64,000 bases of DNA, from IMG/VR virus record IMGVR_UViG_3300005529_000023, positions 32,001 through 96,000 of that record, one strand, 5' to 3'. The notes beneath the pieces are model-generated. The model saw only the letters and a list, made by a program, of their open reading frames with translations. It had not been told where the DNA came from and ran no database searches. Positions 17,587 through 27,500 of the stretch are shown here, in pieces. This stretch comes from a virus. Each line of letters begins with the position of its first letter. Position 1 is the stretch's first letter. The position numbers were made by a program, and so were the translations under genes.

Positions 17587-20274
17587 ATGGCAGTTCAAAG
17601 ACGAGTAAACTGGATCAGTCAGCAGCGCGTAGACGTACCCGACATGAGGTCGCTAGAGTCCGCTGCGTCGAATGACTTTGATCAATTATTTCAAGGATTC
17701 GTTACTGGTACAAGTCAGGGTTACGTAGTCCGTGGCTTCAATATCCTCATGGCCGGCGCAATCGGTGGCGCAGCTTCCGGCCTGCAGATGAACGTCGATC
17801 CCGGCGCTCTCATTCATATTACGTCTTCACAGTCCGGCACTATTCTCATGGTGCCTCCTGGAACTCCTCCTCAACAGTTGAACAGCGCTACAAATACCAT
17901 CGTCGATGGCGCCTTCGCCCCAAATGCGATCAACTATGTCAGCATCGAGTATGAACGTTTCATTGATAGTACGACTTCAGCTCAGATTTACATTTGGAAC
18001 CCAACTACCAATAATGAAACGACTAAGAATGCTCCTCGCGCTCAAATCCTTCGCTATCGAATCAAGATCGGAACCGCAACTCCTCTAACTAACTACCTGC
18101 CAATCGCAGTAGTCATCACAGATTCCGGTAACAACGTTGTTTCGATCACTGACGCGCGCTGGATGCTCGGTCGTCTTGGTCAAGGTGGAATCACTCCAAA
18201 CCCATTTTTCACCTATCCTTGGTCGCAAGGACGTGTAGAGAATCCGCCTACCTCTACTTCCAACACTGTAGATCCATTCTCTGGCGGTGACAAAGCGATT
18301 AGTAGTCTAAAGGACTGGATGAACGCTGTAATGTCGTCCATTCAGGAAATCAAAGGAACGACCTATTGGTACTCTGCGTCGTCTTCTGGTTCCATTGAAA
18401 CACTCCGAGAAGACCTTGGGAATACCGTCATCACTGGTAAGGGTTCGATCGCTCACGGTGTGCTGCCCTCTGATAAGGTAACTCCAACGGCCGCAGGCCA
18501 GATCAATTGGGACCAAGATATCAACATCCGTGTCGTTGGGTCCGCACTTACCTACGCGCTTACTGCTAATCCTACTTCTACAGACATTACACTCGCTGAC
18601 GATCGCGTTGCTTACGTCACTTTGGTGCGCGGAATCGTTGTAAGCCCAAACCTCATTTTCACCAACGGTCTACGGCAGGTCACCTCAGTCGGAGCAATCT
18701 CTTGGACTGGTCCACTTCAGGCTGGCGACTATCTCAAGCTCGGTTCTGATACCGATGCCGGATACTACGAGATCTTCTCAGTCGATTCGCTTACACAGGT
18801 CACATTGGTCAATGCCTTCGCAGGAACCAGCACTGGTCCTGCTGGTGCAAAGGGTAAGTATGCCTTCGGAACTTATCAGGCATCGGCTTCTCCAAGTACA
18901 TCACGCGACATTTTTATTGCTACTCGCGAAAATGTTCCAGCAGGCCCAGATGTTTTCTGGTTGTTCATGCGTACGGACAATGGCGGAGCACAGCCACGCG
19001 TTTACATTCGATTCCTTGGTAGCGAGCTTGATGAAGGTGAAGACAGAGATATCTCTGATACAACTTCTGCCGAACTTCTAAAGTACATTGGTTCAGCTAG
19101 CGAGGCTACTTACAGACCACTATTCGTATCTGCCCTCAACCCCGGAAGTATCGCACAGATCACGCAGATCACCTGCGGTGACGCATCTACGATGGCTTCG
19201 AACCAGTATTTCTACCTTTACTCTCCTGGGAACTACCGCGTCTATGCAGTTTGGGTGAACAAAGATGGCACTGGTACTCAGCCATTCGTTCCATTTGCGA
19301 ACAACTATATTGAATGGGATGTCACCACAGGGTTCACGTCTACCCAGACCGCTTCTGCTCTTGCTACCGCCCTAAATGGGACTCTGGCAGGAGACTTTCA
19401 CGCTGTACCAGCACTAGCAGTAGTCACGGTAACGAGCACATCAGCTGGTTCATCGAATAGCGCTACAAACTTTAACGTAGGCGCTCCATTCGCAATTTTG
19501 GTTACCCAGAGCGGAACTGGAACTGGTAACTTCACTGTTCATGATGGTGACAATCTCACCTTAGCAATCAAAGAACTGGACCTTGCAGTTGCAGAGCTTG
19601 CTGAAGTTGAACCTAGCTATGACGAGACTGTCGATATCGTTGCTTCAGGCGCTACACCTCCAACTTCTCTCAATGGACCAGTGATTGCTGGAACAAACAT
19701 TACACTGCCTTTGAACAGTCGCATGGGCAGTATCCAGCAGAGATACGTCGTTGGAAATGGCTCACTAGAAGTGTTCCTGAACGGCCAATACTTAGTTTTG
19801 GGTATTGATTGGCTTGAAGTAGGCGCCTCAGGCGTAGCAAGCGATCAAATTACCATCGAGCAGGATCTCGATGTTGGCGACGTTCTAGAGTTTAGAGTTG
19901 ATTCGAGCGGTGGCGGAGCAGGCGGCGGAGATATCGGCCCAGCCGGTCCTCCAGGCCCAGCCGGTCCTCCAGGCGCTAACGCCGTTGGCGGTCCAGTTTC
20001 TATCTCGACCAAGAGTTTGAGTTACACCGTTCTTTTGACAGATAACGTCCTGCTTGCCAATGCCCTTGGAGGCGCAATTACCTTCACGCTCCCAAGCGCT
20101 GCCTCGGCGACTGGACGCGTATTCTGGTTCAAGAAAGTTGATAGTAGCGCAAACGCCATGACTATTTTGGCTGCTGGTGTAGATCTTATTGACGGTGCAA
20201 GTAGTCAGACTACAACGGTACAATACGAATCCTTTACCATCATTTCCGATGGAGCAACTTGGTGGATCATCTAA
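17587..20274 (+). CDS. Baseplate-proximal tail fibre / fibre-attachment protein (895 aa) with a short collagen segment
   Basis: Beta-rich Thr/Gly/Ser protein, Ig-like VFLNGQ..DW module, GPAGPPGPAGPPG, and a C-terminal DN..L.NA.GGAITFTLP..A..GR..WFKK fibre motif. Confidence 0.65.
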   Translation: MAVQRRVNWISQQRVDVPDMRSLESAASNDFDQLFQGFVTGTSQGYVVRGFNILMAGAIGGAASGLQMNVDPGALIHITSSQSGTILMVPPGTPPQQLNSATNTIVDGAFAPNAINYVSIEYERFIDSTTSAQIYIWNPTTNNETTKNAPRAQILRYRIKIGTATPLTNYLPIAVVITDSGNNVVSITDARWMLGRLGQGGITPNPFFTYPWSQGRVENPPTSTSNTVDPFSGGDKAISSLKDWMNAVMSSIQEIKGTTYWYSASSSGSIETLREDLGNTVITGKGSIAHGVLPSDKVTPTAAGQINWDQDINIRVVGSALTYALTANPTSTDITLADDRVAYVTLVRGIVVSPNLIFTNGLRQVTSVGAISWTGPLQAGDYLKLGSDTDAGYYEIFSVDSLTQVTLVNAFAGTSTGPAGAKGKYAFGTYQASASPSTSRDIFIATRENVPAGPDVFWLFMRTDNGGAQPRVYIRFLGSELDEGEDRDISDTTSAELLKYIGSASEATYRPLFVSALNPGSIAQITQITCGDASTMASNQYFYLYSPGNYRVYAVWVNKDGTGTQPFVPFANNYIEWDVTTGFTSTQTASALATALNGTLAGDFHAVPALAVVTVTSTSAGSSNSATNFNVGAPFAILVTQSGTGTGNFTVHDGDNLTLAIKELDLAVAELAEVEPSYDETVDIVASGATPPTSLNGPVIAGTNITLPLNSRMGSIQQRYVVGNGSLEVFLNGQYLVLGIDWLEVGASGVASDQITIEQDLDVGDVLEFRVDSSGGGAGGGDIGPAGPPGPAGPPGANAVGGPVSISTKSLSYTVLLTDNVLLANALGGAITFTLPSAASATGRVFWFKKVDSSANAMTILAAGVDLIDGASSQTTTVQYESFTIISDGATWWII
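19936..19971 (+). repeat. Perfect 18-bp tandem repeat (ggcccagccggtcctcca x2) encoding collagen-like GPAGPP
   Basis: Read directly from the sequence. Confidence 0.9.
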
Positions 20275-20288
20275 GGGAGGGTTGATAT

Positions 20289-20735
20289 ATGACATATAGC
20301 CCAAACTTTAGAGGTGCATCGGCCAAAGCTTCTAGTAGACAGACTCAAACTGGATACCAGAATGGAACCGTATCTACTCTGACTAAGGGAACTCCTGTTA
20401 CGATCAATGGTAGCAGCCAGATGATCCTAGTGGATGTTACCAGTGAGTCTTCTGTTGATGCTATCGTAGGTCTAACCAGTGTAGATACTCCGAGTGCTGC
20501 AAATGGTACTGTCGTTGATTGTGGTCGTTTAGAAAACATTACAACGTCTTTCAATGTTCGAGATATTCTATATATCGACAAAAGCGGTGCCTTGACTAAT
20601 ATCCAGCCAACGGTTGGAGTGAACAGTTTTGTTCACGGGGATTACGTAGTCCTAGTTGGTGTAGTGGTTGAAAATGAATTCGACAATACCAAGAAAGACA
20701 TCAAGCTCATGCTATCTGTGGTTGGTCAGCTATAA
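20289..20735 (+). CDS. Virion structural protein, cement/DUF2190-like beta fold
   Basis: AIVGLT...ANGTVV..G....F..RDILYID..GALT pattern. Confidence 0.45.
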   Translation: MTYSPNFRGASAKASSRQTQTGYQNGTVSTLTKGTPVTINGSSQMILVDVTSESSVDAIVGLTSVDTPSAANGTVVDCGRLENITTSFNVRDILYIDKSGALTNIQPTVGVNSFVHGDYVVLVGVVVENEFDNTKKDIKLMLSVVGQL

Positions 20736-23692
20736 TGTCAGACATTTTTCTATTAGCACAGATTGAAGATGCAAAAGCTCGAAACGTAGATCTTACGTCG
20801 AGTACTCCAGTACTATTGTCTGTAAAGGTCGGCGGCGGAGTCAACACAGAACTCACGAAGGCTATTTTGGATAGGTTGGTCCCTCTCCAGAATGGTACGG
20901 ATGTAGACGCTACATACCATACTCACAATACGCTTTATTACCTAAAGACTCAGCTAAGCAACACAGGCGTTGGAACAGCTGGCTCTACTTTAATTGGTGA
21001 CAATAACAGCTATTCTAATTTCACTCCTACCGCTGCAACTCTCAAGGGCGCCCTAGCCGGCCTAGACGTTGCTTTGGCAGGTACGACAGCCTCATCTGCG
21101 ATCGATACGGTTTTTAGAATCAAGAACAATTCCGATAACACAAAGCAGATTGCATTCAATGCCTCTTCGATCAGCCCCTCGTCTATTCGCACAATTTCAA
21201 TGCCAGATTCAGATATCAATCTGATTCAGGTACTAACTTCTGTTCAGACCGATGGTAGCCGCGCTTATACTGCGAACCAGCCAATGAATAGCTTCAAACT
21301 TACTGGTTTGGGCGCAGGAACTACCGCAGGTGACTCAGTTAGATATGAACAGGCTATTCTAGTTAATGGAGCCAATCCGTTCACTGCTAATCAGCCAATG
21401 GGCAGCAACAAATTAACCGGCTTGACTCCTGGTTCTGCGACGGGCGACTCTGTTAGCTACGAACAAGCCGCTTTAGTGAATGGTGCAAATCCATTTACCG
21501 CTAATCAGTCGATGGGTGGCAACAAGATTACCAATCTTGCCAATGGCAGTGCTTCTGGCGATGCCGTCAATTATGGTCAGTTAACTAGCCTATCTACAGG
21601 TCTTATTTGGCAGAATCCTATCAACGATCCAGATCTCGTTAATGATAGTTTGAGTGCTCCTCCAGGTTCTCCTGTCTATAGCTTGCTTTACATCATCGCC
21701 GGAAGTCCTACAGGTGCTTGGGCCGGTCTCGCTGGTCATGCCGTGTGGTGGGATGGAGTTGAGTGGGTCGATCTTTCTACTGGTAACACGGCTGCATCTG
21801 GACAAGGTACACCTGTTCAGGTTGGCGATAGATTCTTAGTTGCATCTGATACGCCGCAGCTTTATACCTTCACTGTAACTGCTGCCAACGCTACTAAGGG
21901 CGCAGTATACCAGACTAATGGTTACAACTTCATTGTAGCTGCAACAATCACTGGCGCAACAACGCTTACTGCTACTAGCGCTGGCATCCCAGCTGCCACA
22001 AGCGGAACACTGACAAAGATTTCTGGAACTGGAGATGCGACTATCGCATTCTCCAATTACACAAGTCAACTCGGTGGCGGCTTAGCTGGACAGCACAACA
22101 ATCTAGCTGTGGTTACTGGAAATACTCCAGGATCGTTTACTTATTCCTTTACTGCTCCATCGAATAACTGGGCTCTTACGGACCTTGCCGCTGGATCTCA
22201 GCATTATAATGACTCCTTCACGTACAGTTCTACGCTTGTGTCGTGGGTCAACTTCTCTGGTCCAAGCAAGAATGCTGCTGGAACCGCTTTAGCCTTTACA
22301 GGCAATACATTGAATGTTCAGGTCGATAATTCTACGATCGACACCAATGGTTCAAATCAGCTAGAAGTCAAAAATAGCGGTATCACGAATGCTAAGTTGG
22401 CTAATATGGCGGCAAATACTGTTAAGGCCAACATCACAGTTGGATCTGCTGCTCCGACAGATGTTGCATTCGTATCTACGAGTACACCTAGCTCTGGTGT
22501 TTTCAGAGATGCTTCCAGTAACTTCTCTGCAAATTTAGTTACTGTGTCCGCTCTTCTTTCTGCATCTTCAAATCCAGCCTCTACTGGTGCCGTACGTTTG
22601 GCTAATGCTGATGCTATAAATTGGAGAAATAATGCCAATTCAGGGGATATTGGATTTTTCCCGGCATTTCTTGGTGGCTTAGACTTTATTGTCACTGGTG
22701 TTACACTAGGTTCTTCTGCGGGAATGGCTGTATCTAATGCTAACATTCCAAACAACTTTGGGCACATTGAAGTAGCAAGAAATGGTCAATCGTCAATCGC
22801 CGCTACGACATATAGCAGTAGCAATGCAGGTACTTCTGGTAAAGTCTTTTTCCAGAGAGCGCGTAGTACATTTGCTTCGCCTACCATCGTAAATAACGGT
22901 GATACTATCGGAGCCTTAGTTTTCTCCGGTTATGATGGAGCAAGCTGGAATTCTACGTCTGCTTTAATCAAAGCTGAAGTAGATGGAACACCAGGAGTCA
23001 ATACTGTTCCTGGAAGAATTGTATTCGCGACAGCTGCAACTGGAAACCTAGCTACTACCGAAGCTCTACGCCTTAGCCAAGATCAGTCTGCACTATTCGC
23101 AGGCAATGTAAAGGCGCCAAACGTAGTTCCTAAATTGGCAAGTACTGCTACGGCAGGTGGAACTACTACGCTAACCGTGAACAGTCTGGGTGTACAGCAA
23201 TTTACAGGAAGCGCTAATCAAATTGTTGTTCTACCGGACGCCACGACTCTCATTGTTGGCTGGCCATTTGTCATTTTGAATAGGTCTACCGGAACTATCA
23301 CTGTCAATCAAAATGGCGGAACTAACTTAGCTACCATTACTGCCGGAAATTGGGGCGTCTTCAGGGTTACCGATATCAGCACCTCGGCGGGAGTGTGGGA
23401 TAACGGTAATAACCTACAATATTCGTCGGTTTATGACCAACGCGTTACAGTTGTGGCGTCCGGTGCTACCGGGAATCAGATCAATGGGCCAGTTACCCCA
23501 GGAACTAACGTCACGCTTCCAAGTTCTCAGACGTATAACTCTTCGGAATTACAGATTTATTTGAATGGACAGCGTCTCGAAGTAACAAGCGACTGGAGCA
23601 CTGTGGGATCGGTCCCAAGAACCCAAGTTACCTTTGTGGATACTCTGCAGGTCGGCGATACCATTGACTTTGTGATCCAGAGGAACTTCTAA
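20735..23692 (+). CDS. Tail fibre protein (985 aa) with YadA-like neck repeats
   Basis: MGGNKITNLANGSASGDAVNYGQL trimeric-adhesin-like motif x3; C-terminal IYLNGQ..DW Ig-like module. Confidence 0.7.
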   Translation: MSDIFLLAQIEDAKARNVDLTSSTPVLLSVKVGGGVNTELTKAILDRLVPLQNGTDVDATYHTHNTLYYLKTQLSNTGVGTAGSTLIGDNNSYSNFTPTAATLKGALAGLDVALAGTTASSAIDTVFRIKNNSDNTKQIAFNASSISPSSIRTISMPDSDINLIQVLTSVQTDGSRAYTANQPMNSFKLTGLGAGTTAGDSVRYEQAILVNGANPFTANQPMGSNKLTGLTPGSATGDSVSYEQAALVNGANPFTANQSMGGNKITNLANGSASGDAVNYGQLTSLSTGLIWQNPINDPDLVNDSLSAPPGSPVYSLLYIIAGSPTGAWAGLAGHAVWWDGVEWVDLSTGNTAASGQGTPVQVGDRFLVASDTPQLYTFTVTAANATKGAVYQTNGYNFIVAATITGATTLTATSAGIPAATSGTLTKISGTGDATIAFSNYTSQLGGGLAGQHNNLAVVTGNTPGSFTYSFTAPSNNWALTDLAAGSQHYNDSFTYSSTLVSWVNFSGPSKNAAGTALAFTGNTLNVQVDNSTIDTNGSNQLEVKNSGITNAKLANMAANTVKANITVGSAAPTDVAFVSTSTPSSGVFRDASSNFSANLVTVSALLSASSNPASTGAVRLANADAINWRNNANSGDIGFFPAFLGGLDFIVTGVTLGSSAGMAVSNANIPNNFGHIEVARNGQSSIAATTYSSSNAGTSGKVFFQRARSTFASPTIVNNGDTIGALVFSGYDGASWNSTSALIKAEVDGTPGVNTVPGRIVFATAATGNLATTEALRLSQDQSALFAGNVKAPNVVPKLASTATAGGTTTLTVNSLGVQQFTGSANQIVVLPDATTLIVGWPFVILNRSTGTITVNQNGGTNLATITAGNWGVFRVTDISTSAGVWDNGNNLQYSSVYDQRVTVVASGATGNQINGPVTPGTNVTLPSSQTYNSSELQIYLNGQRLEVTSDWSTVGSVPRTQVTFVDTLQVGDTIDFVIQRNF
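21269..21582 (+). repeat. Three imperfect 114-bp (38-aa) tandem repeats
   Basis: TANQPM/TANQSM units start at 21269, 21383 and 21497. Confidence 0.85.
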
Positions 23693-23701
23693 GTAAGATC
23701 A

Positions 23702-23710
23702 CAATCTTTA
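23702..23710 (+). promoter_or_regulatory. Candidate late promoter CAATCTTTA
   Basis: In the only intergenic gap of the fibre operon; AGGA RBS follows. Confidence 0.55.
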
Positions 23711-23727
23711 CGATATAGGAATGTAGA

Positions 23728-26391
23728 ATGTCTAAAACGCTATTTGATATCAGACAATCACAGACAAGGGTACTCCAGGATCAGCTGAATGCATCTGCAA
23801 CAGTTGGCATGGATTCAACTCTTGCGTCAATCAACAATGAGTTGACATCTCCTGGACGCCTTATTGCGGCTGCAACACCAAGTCTCGTCGTGACAGTTGG
23901 CTCGGGCACGGTTGTCAACCCAAACACGTCTAAGAACAGAGTTCTACCTTTCATCAGCAATGCTCCAGTTTCATTTACTGGCGGAACAATTACCTTCCCA
24001 GGCGGTTCTGGCGGTGGAACAATCACTGTTAGCCCAGGCACAAATGCAACCATTACAATCGGAGCAAGCCAATTCGTAGCCGTCCTAGTTCAGCTCAATG
24101 CTTCTGGACAGCTTAGCCTCGTTGTCGGCTCTGCCGCTGGAAGCCTTGGTGCCGTTACGATTCCAAGTGGATCTACCAGCCTTCTATCTCTTGGTTACAT
24201 CATCGTTCAATCGAACGTGTCGAGCGTTATCCAGAATATTACGAATTCGATGCTCTATCAGTTCGTTGGAGGTGGTGGATCGGGCGGAAGTGGCAGCGGA
24301 ACTGGTGATGACTTGGATGCTCTCCAGTACAACGCAAGCTTTACCGAACCTCTAACTTCGCTACCTGGATCTACAACTTCTTCGATCGATACTACGAATA
24401 CGAAGGGTACGTACTCGGCGGCCAATAACACCTACACGCTATCTTACGATGCAAGCAAGACGGTAACAGCTAACACTGGAACTACAATGCATCTAAGCGC
24501 TACGCCTGCTTACACGGTCGCTGTCGGCGATATGCTTGTTGTAGGTACACAGGCTCGCAAAATCACTGTTCTTGGCTCGATCAACTCTGACGGCGGCAGT
24601 GGCACTCCATTCACTATCGAAGCTGCATTTACTACAAACCCATCAGCTTCTGCGGCCACAGTTTCTCAAGCTGTCTATTCGCAGGACATCAATAACTTTG
24701 CCGGCGATGGTGTTTCGATCGCAAGCATCTACACCGACAGCATCTTCGATGCACTGGTTACGTATAATGATACGAACTCCGGCATACTTTACAATAGCAC
24801 TGATCCAGCAGTCGTAGCGTATACGGTTTCTGCCGATGGAACAAACTATTCTTCCGTCGCTACTCGCGAAGCAAACCTAAGTGTGCAGACGAGCTACACT
24901 AGCACACCAACTTCGGGAACAAACCTATATCTACGTTTCTTTGCCAATAAGACTTCTGGATCTGGAACTGTCAACTTGGTCGGTGGCTACAAAGCATTCT
25001 TCCATAGAACTTCTCAGACTGAAAGTGGCGGTATCCTCAATCAGGCATATTGCTTCACGAACAGCGTGGGTACTCCAGTCAACTGCTCTAATCCAACGGT
25101 GGTTGGTGGTAAGACTCAGATCGTCCTAAATTTCTCTTATCCAGTCGGAGTCAATTCTGGAACGGCAAATGGTGGAATTCTTGTTTACCTAAATGGTCAA
25201 AAGATTCCGCGTTTCGTCAACTCTACTCTAACTCCAGATGCAAGTTACACCGAAACATCGGCTAACACTATTACATTGGATGTAGACTACAGTTCTTTGA
25301 ACTACGCAGTTGAAGTGTATCAGAACGTTGCAGTTGTTGATTCCAACACTCAGAACACAACAAACATCACTGCTATTCAGACATCTCAGTTACGCAATAG
25401 CTTGATCAATGGAAACTTCGACTTTTGGCAGCGTGGTACATCGGTGACTGTGGCCAATGGAGTTAGCACGTACCAAGCAGACCGCTGGTATGTCAAAAAC
25501 TCTCTTGGAACAAACGGAGTCATTACGTACTCCCAGAATGCTCCTGGTCTAACCAATTCCAAGTTTGGCGCTAAAGTTCAAATTACTACTGCTCCAACTG
25601 CCGCTCAAGCAAACGGATGCGAGCTATATCAAACTCTGGAGAACGAAGACAGCCTAATCTATCTCAACAGCACAGCTTCATTCTCAATCAACATCAAAGC
25701 TCTAGGCAACGTCACTTCTGTTGGCCTTCAGTTCTTCTATGCTACATCTGAAACCAAAGTTACTACGGCTCTTGGTTCTGAAAAGTCGGTTACTGTCAAT
25801 ACAACCTCGTTCGCCCTAGGACAATTGGTTGCTCAGAGCATTAGCACATTACCAACTACCTCTGGCGTTCTAGGTGTTCGTGTTCGTATTTTAGGTGTTT
25901 CGTCTGGCAACACATACGACCTGAACAATGGATTCATCGTAGAACAAGCTATGATGAATCTTGGGCCAACATGTTTACCATACTTTCAGAGAGCTGCTAC
26001 GACTATAGCTGGAGAGCTTATGCTTTGTCAGCGCTACTACGAGAAGAGCTACGCCACTACCACTAACCCCGGAACAGCCGGCGACACCAATTCCCCGCTA
26101 CAGTTACTTGTAGGCATCAACGGCTCCGCCTCCAACTCTCAGATTGCCGGAACTCAGTACTTCAAGGTCCAAAAGAGGGTAGCGCCTACGATGACTGCTT
26201 ATGAGACGATCAGTGGCACGATCAACCTAGCCAACCCACTTGTGAACAGCGGGTCCAGATCGGGAACTACGACCTTTACGGCAGCCAATAACAATCTATT
26301 CTCGACGACGTCGAACTTCGCATACCAGTTCAACAATGGCACAAGCTTCGCAGGTATCTTTTTCGGCTGGACGGCGGAAGCGGAGATTTAA
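23728..26391 (+). CDS. Tail fibre/receptor-binding protein A (887 aa)
   Basis: C-terminal NG.FDFWQRG..ADRW..CQRYYEK domain typical of phage fibre carbohydrate-binding-like modules. Confidence 0.7.
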   Translation: MSKTLFDIRQSQTRVLQDQLNASATVGMDSTLASINNELTSPGRLIAAATPSLVVTVGSGTVVNPNTSKNRVLPFISNAPVSFTGGTITFPGGSGGGTITVSPGTNATITIGASQFVAVLVQLNASGQLSLVVGSAAGSLGAVTIPSGSTSLLSLGYIIVQSNVSSVIQNITNSMLYQFVGGGGSGGSGSGTGDDLDALQYNASFTEPLTSLPGSTTSSIDTTNTKGTYSAANNTYTLSYDASKTVTANTGTTMHLSATPAYTVAVGDMLVVGTQARKITVLGSINSDGGSGTPFTIEAAFTTNPSASAATVSQAVYSQDINNFAGDGVSIASIYTDSIFDALVTYNDTNSGILYNSTDPAVVAYTVSADGTNYSSVATREANLSVQTSYTSTPTSGTNLYLRFFANKTSGSGTVNLVGGYKAFFHRTSQTESGGILNQAYCFTNSVGTPVNCSNPTVVGGKTQIVLNFSYPVGVNSGTANGGILVYLNGQKIPRFVNSTLTPDASYTETSANTITLDVDYSSLNYAVEVYQNVAVVDSNTQNTTNITAIQTSQLRNSLINGNFDFWQRGTSVTVANGVSTYQADRWYVKNSLGTNGVITYSQNAPGLTNSKFGAKVQITTAPTAAQANGCELYQTLENEDSLIYLNSTASFSINIKALGNVTSVGLQFFYATSETKVTTALGSEKSVTVNTTSFALGQLVAQSISTLPTTSGVLGVRVRILGVSSGNTYDLNNGFIVEQAMMNLGPTCLPYFQRAATTIAGELMLCQRYYEKSYATTTNPGTAGDTNSPLQLLVGINGSASNSQIAGTQYFKVQKRVAPTMTAYETISGTINLANPLVNSGSRSGTTTFTAANNNLFSTTSNFAYQFNNGTSFAGIFFGWTAEAEI
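26371..26391 (+). repeat. 21-nt dispersed repeat ACGGCGGA[A/C]GCGGAGATTTAA, second copy at 28851-28871
   Basis: 20/21 identical; forms the last 7 codons of fibre genes A and C. Confidence 0.85.
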
Positions 26392-26393
26392 TC

Positions 26394-27494
26394 ATGGCTA
26401 AAATTTTTGGCGTACACGTACCATCAGAATTAAATAACTTAGCCATCAATGGTGGCTTTGACTTCTGGCAAGAAAAGGCTGGAACGACAACTACAATCAA
26501 TACGGCTACAAGTAGCTTCACTTATGCCGCTGACATGTGGGCTGTTTCATCTTCTGGAGCCACGGTCAAGAACTATAACTATCTAAGATCATCTTCTACT
26601 GTTCCTACACTAGCTCAGTCTGGCTTCAATAGCCGTTACAGTATGCAGTTTCAAGTCCTAACTGCAATTGGTTCATTGGCAGCTAGCGATGAGATCCTTC
26701 CTTATAACTATTTTATGGAAGGTCAGGACTACGCAAGAATTCACAGCAAAAAAGTTACTTTCGGTTTCTGGTTCAACGCATCTGTCGCAGGCACTTACAG
26801 TTTCGCAATGCAGAACAACGCGGGTAACAGAAGCTATGTTACTACCTTCACACAGAACTCAGGCGGTGTTTGGGAGTACAAGACCATTACAGTAACCCTG
26901 GACAATACAGGCACATGGCTTTTCGATACAAACTTCGGATTGGCCGTTTACATTGCTGCAGTATCTGGTTCGACGGGATCTACGTCTACGCTTGGTTCCT
27001 GGCAGAACGGAGCTTTTGTGGCAGCTACGGGTGCTACAAACTATTTTGCTACTATTAACGCCACACTGAATCTTGCTCAATTCAGTATTGTTGAAGGACC
27101 AATTGGTCTTGGGCCAACGGGTTTCGTTAGATCTGGAAAAACCATTGAAGCTGAGTTCGCTTCTTGCCAGCGCTACTATGAGAAGACTTATCAGTTAGAT
27201 GATATTCCAGGTACAGTAACAGCCAACGGACAGGCCCAAACTGGTCAGCCAAACAACGCTAACTGGCAGTGGACACATTATTTTAACACGACCAAACGTA
27301 CTCGTGGATACACCACACTAATTTATGATCCAGTTGCAGGAACTAGCAGCCACGTTCACAACACTACCGCAGGTAGTTTGACTGCTGCATCTAACGGTGG
27401 TGAAACTAACCTAGCAACCTTTACATGTAGCCAGGCTCCTGGGGCTTCAAATACGCTTATCCAGTATCACGCTACTTTTGATGATAGGTTCTAA
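26394..27494 (+). CDS. Tail fibre/receptor-binding protein B (366 aa), paralogue of the A/C distal domain
   Basis: INGGFDFWQ..AADMW..CQRYYEKTY. Confidence 0.7.
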   Translation: MAKIFGVHVPSELNNLAINGGFDFWQEKAGTTTTINTATSSFTYAADMWAVSSSGATVKNYNYLRSSSTVPTLAQSGFNSRYSMQFQVLTAIGSLAASDEILPYNYFMEGQDYARIHSKKVTFGFWFNASVAGTYSFAMQNNAGNRSYVTTFTQNSGGVWEYKTITVTLDNTGTWLFDTNFGLAVYIAAVSGSTGSTSTLGSWQNGAFVAATGATNYFATINATLNLAQFSIVEGPIGLGPTGFVRSGKTIEAEFASCQRYYEKTYQLDDIPGTVTANGQAQTGQPNNANWQWTHYFNTTKRTRGYTTLIYDPVAGTSSHVHNTTAGSLTAASNGGETNLATFTCSQAPGASNTLIQYHATFDDRF

Positions 27495-27500
27495 TAGATT

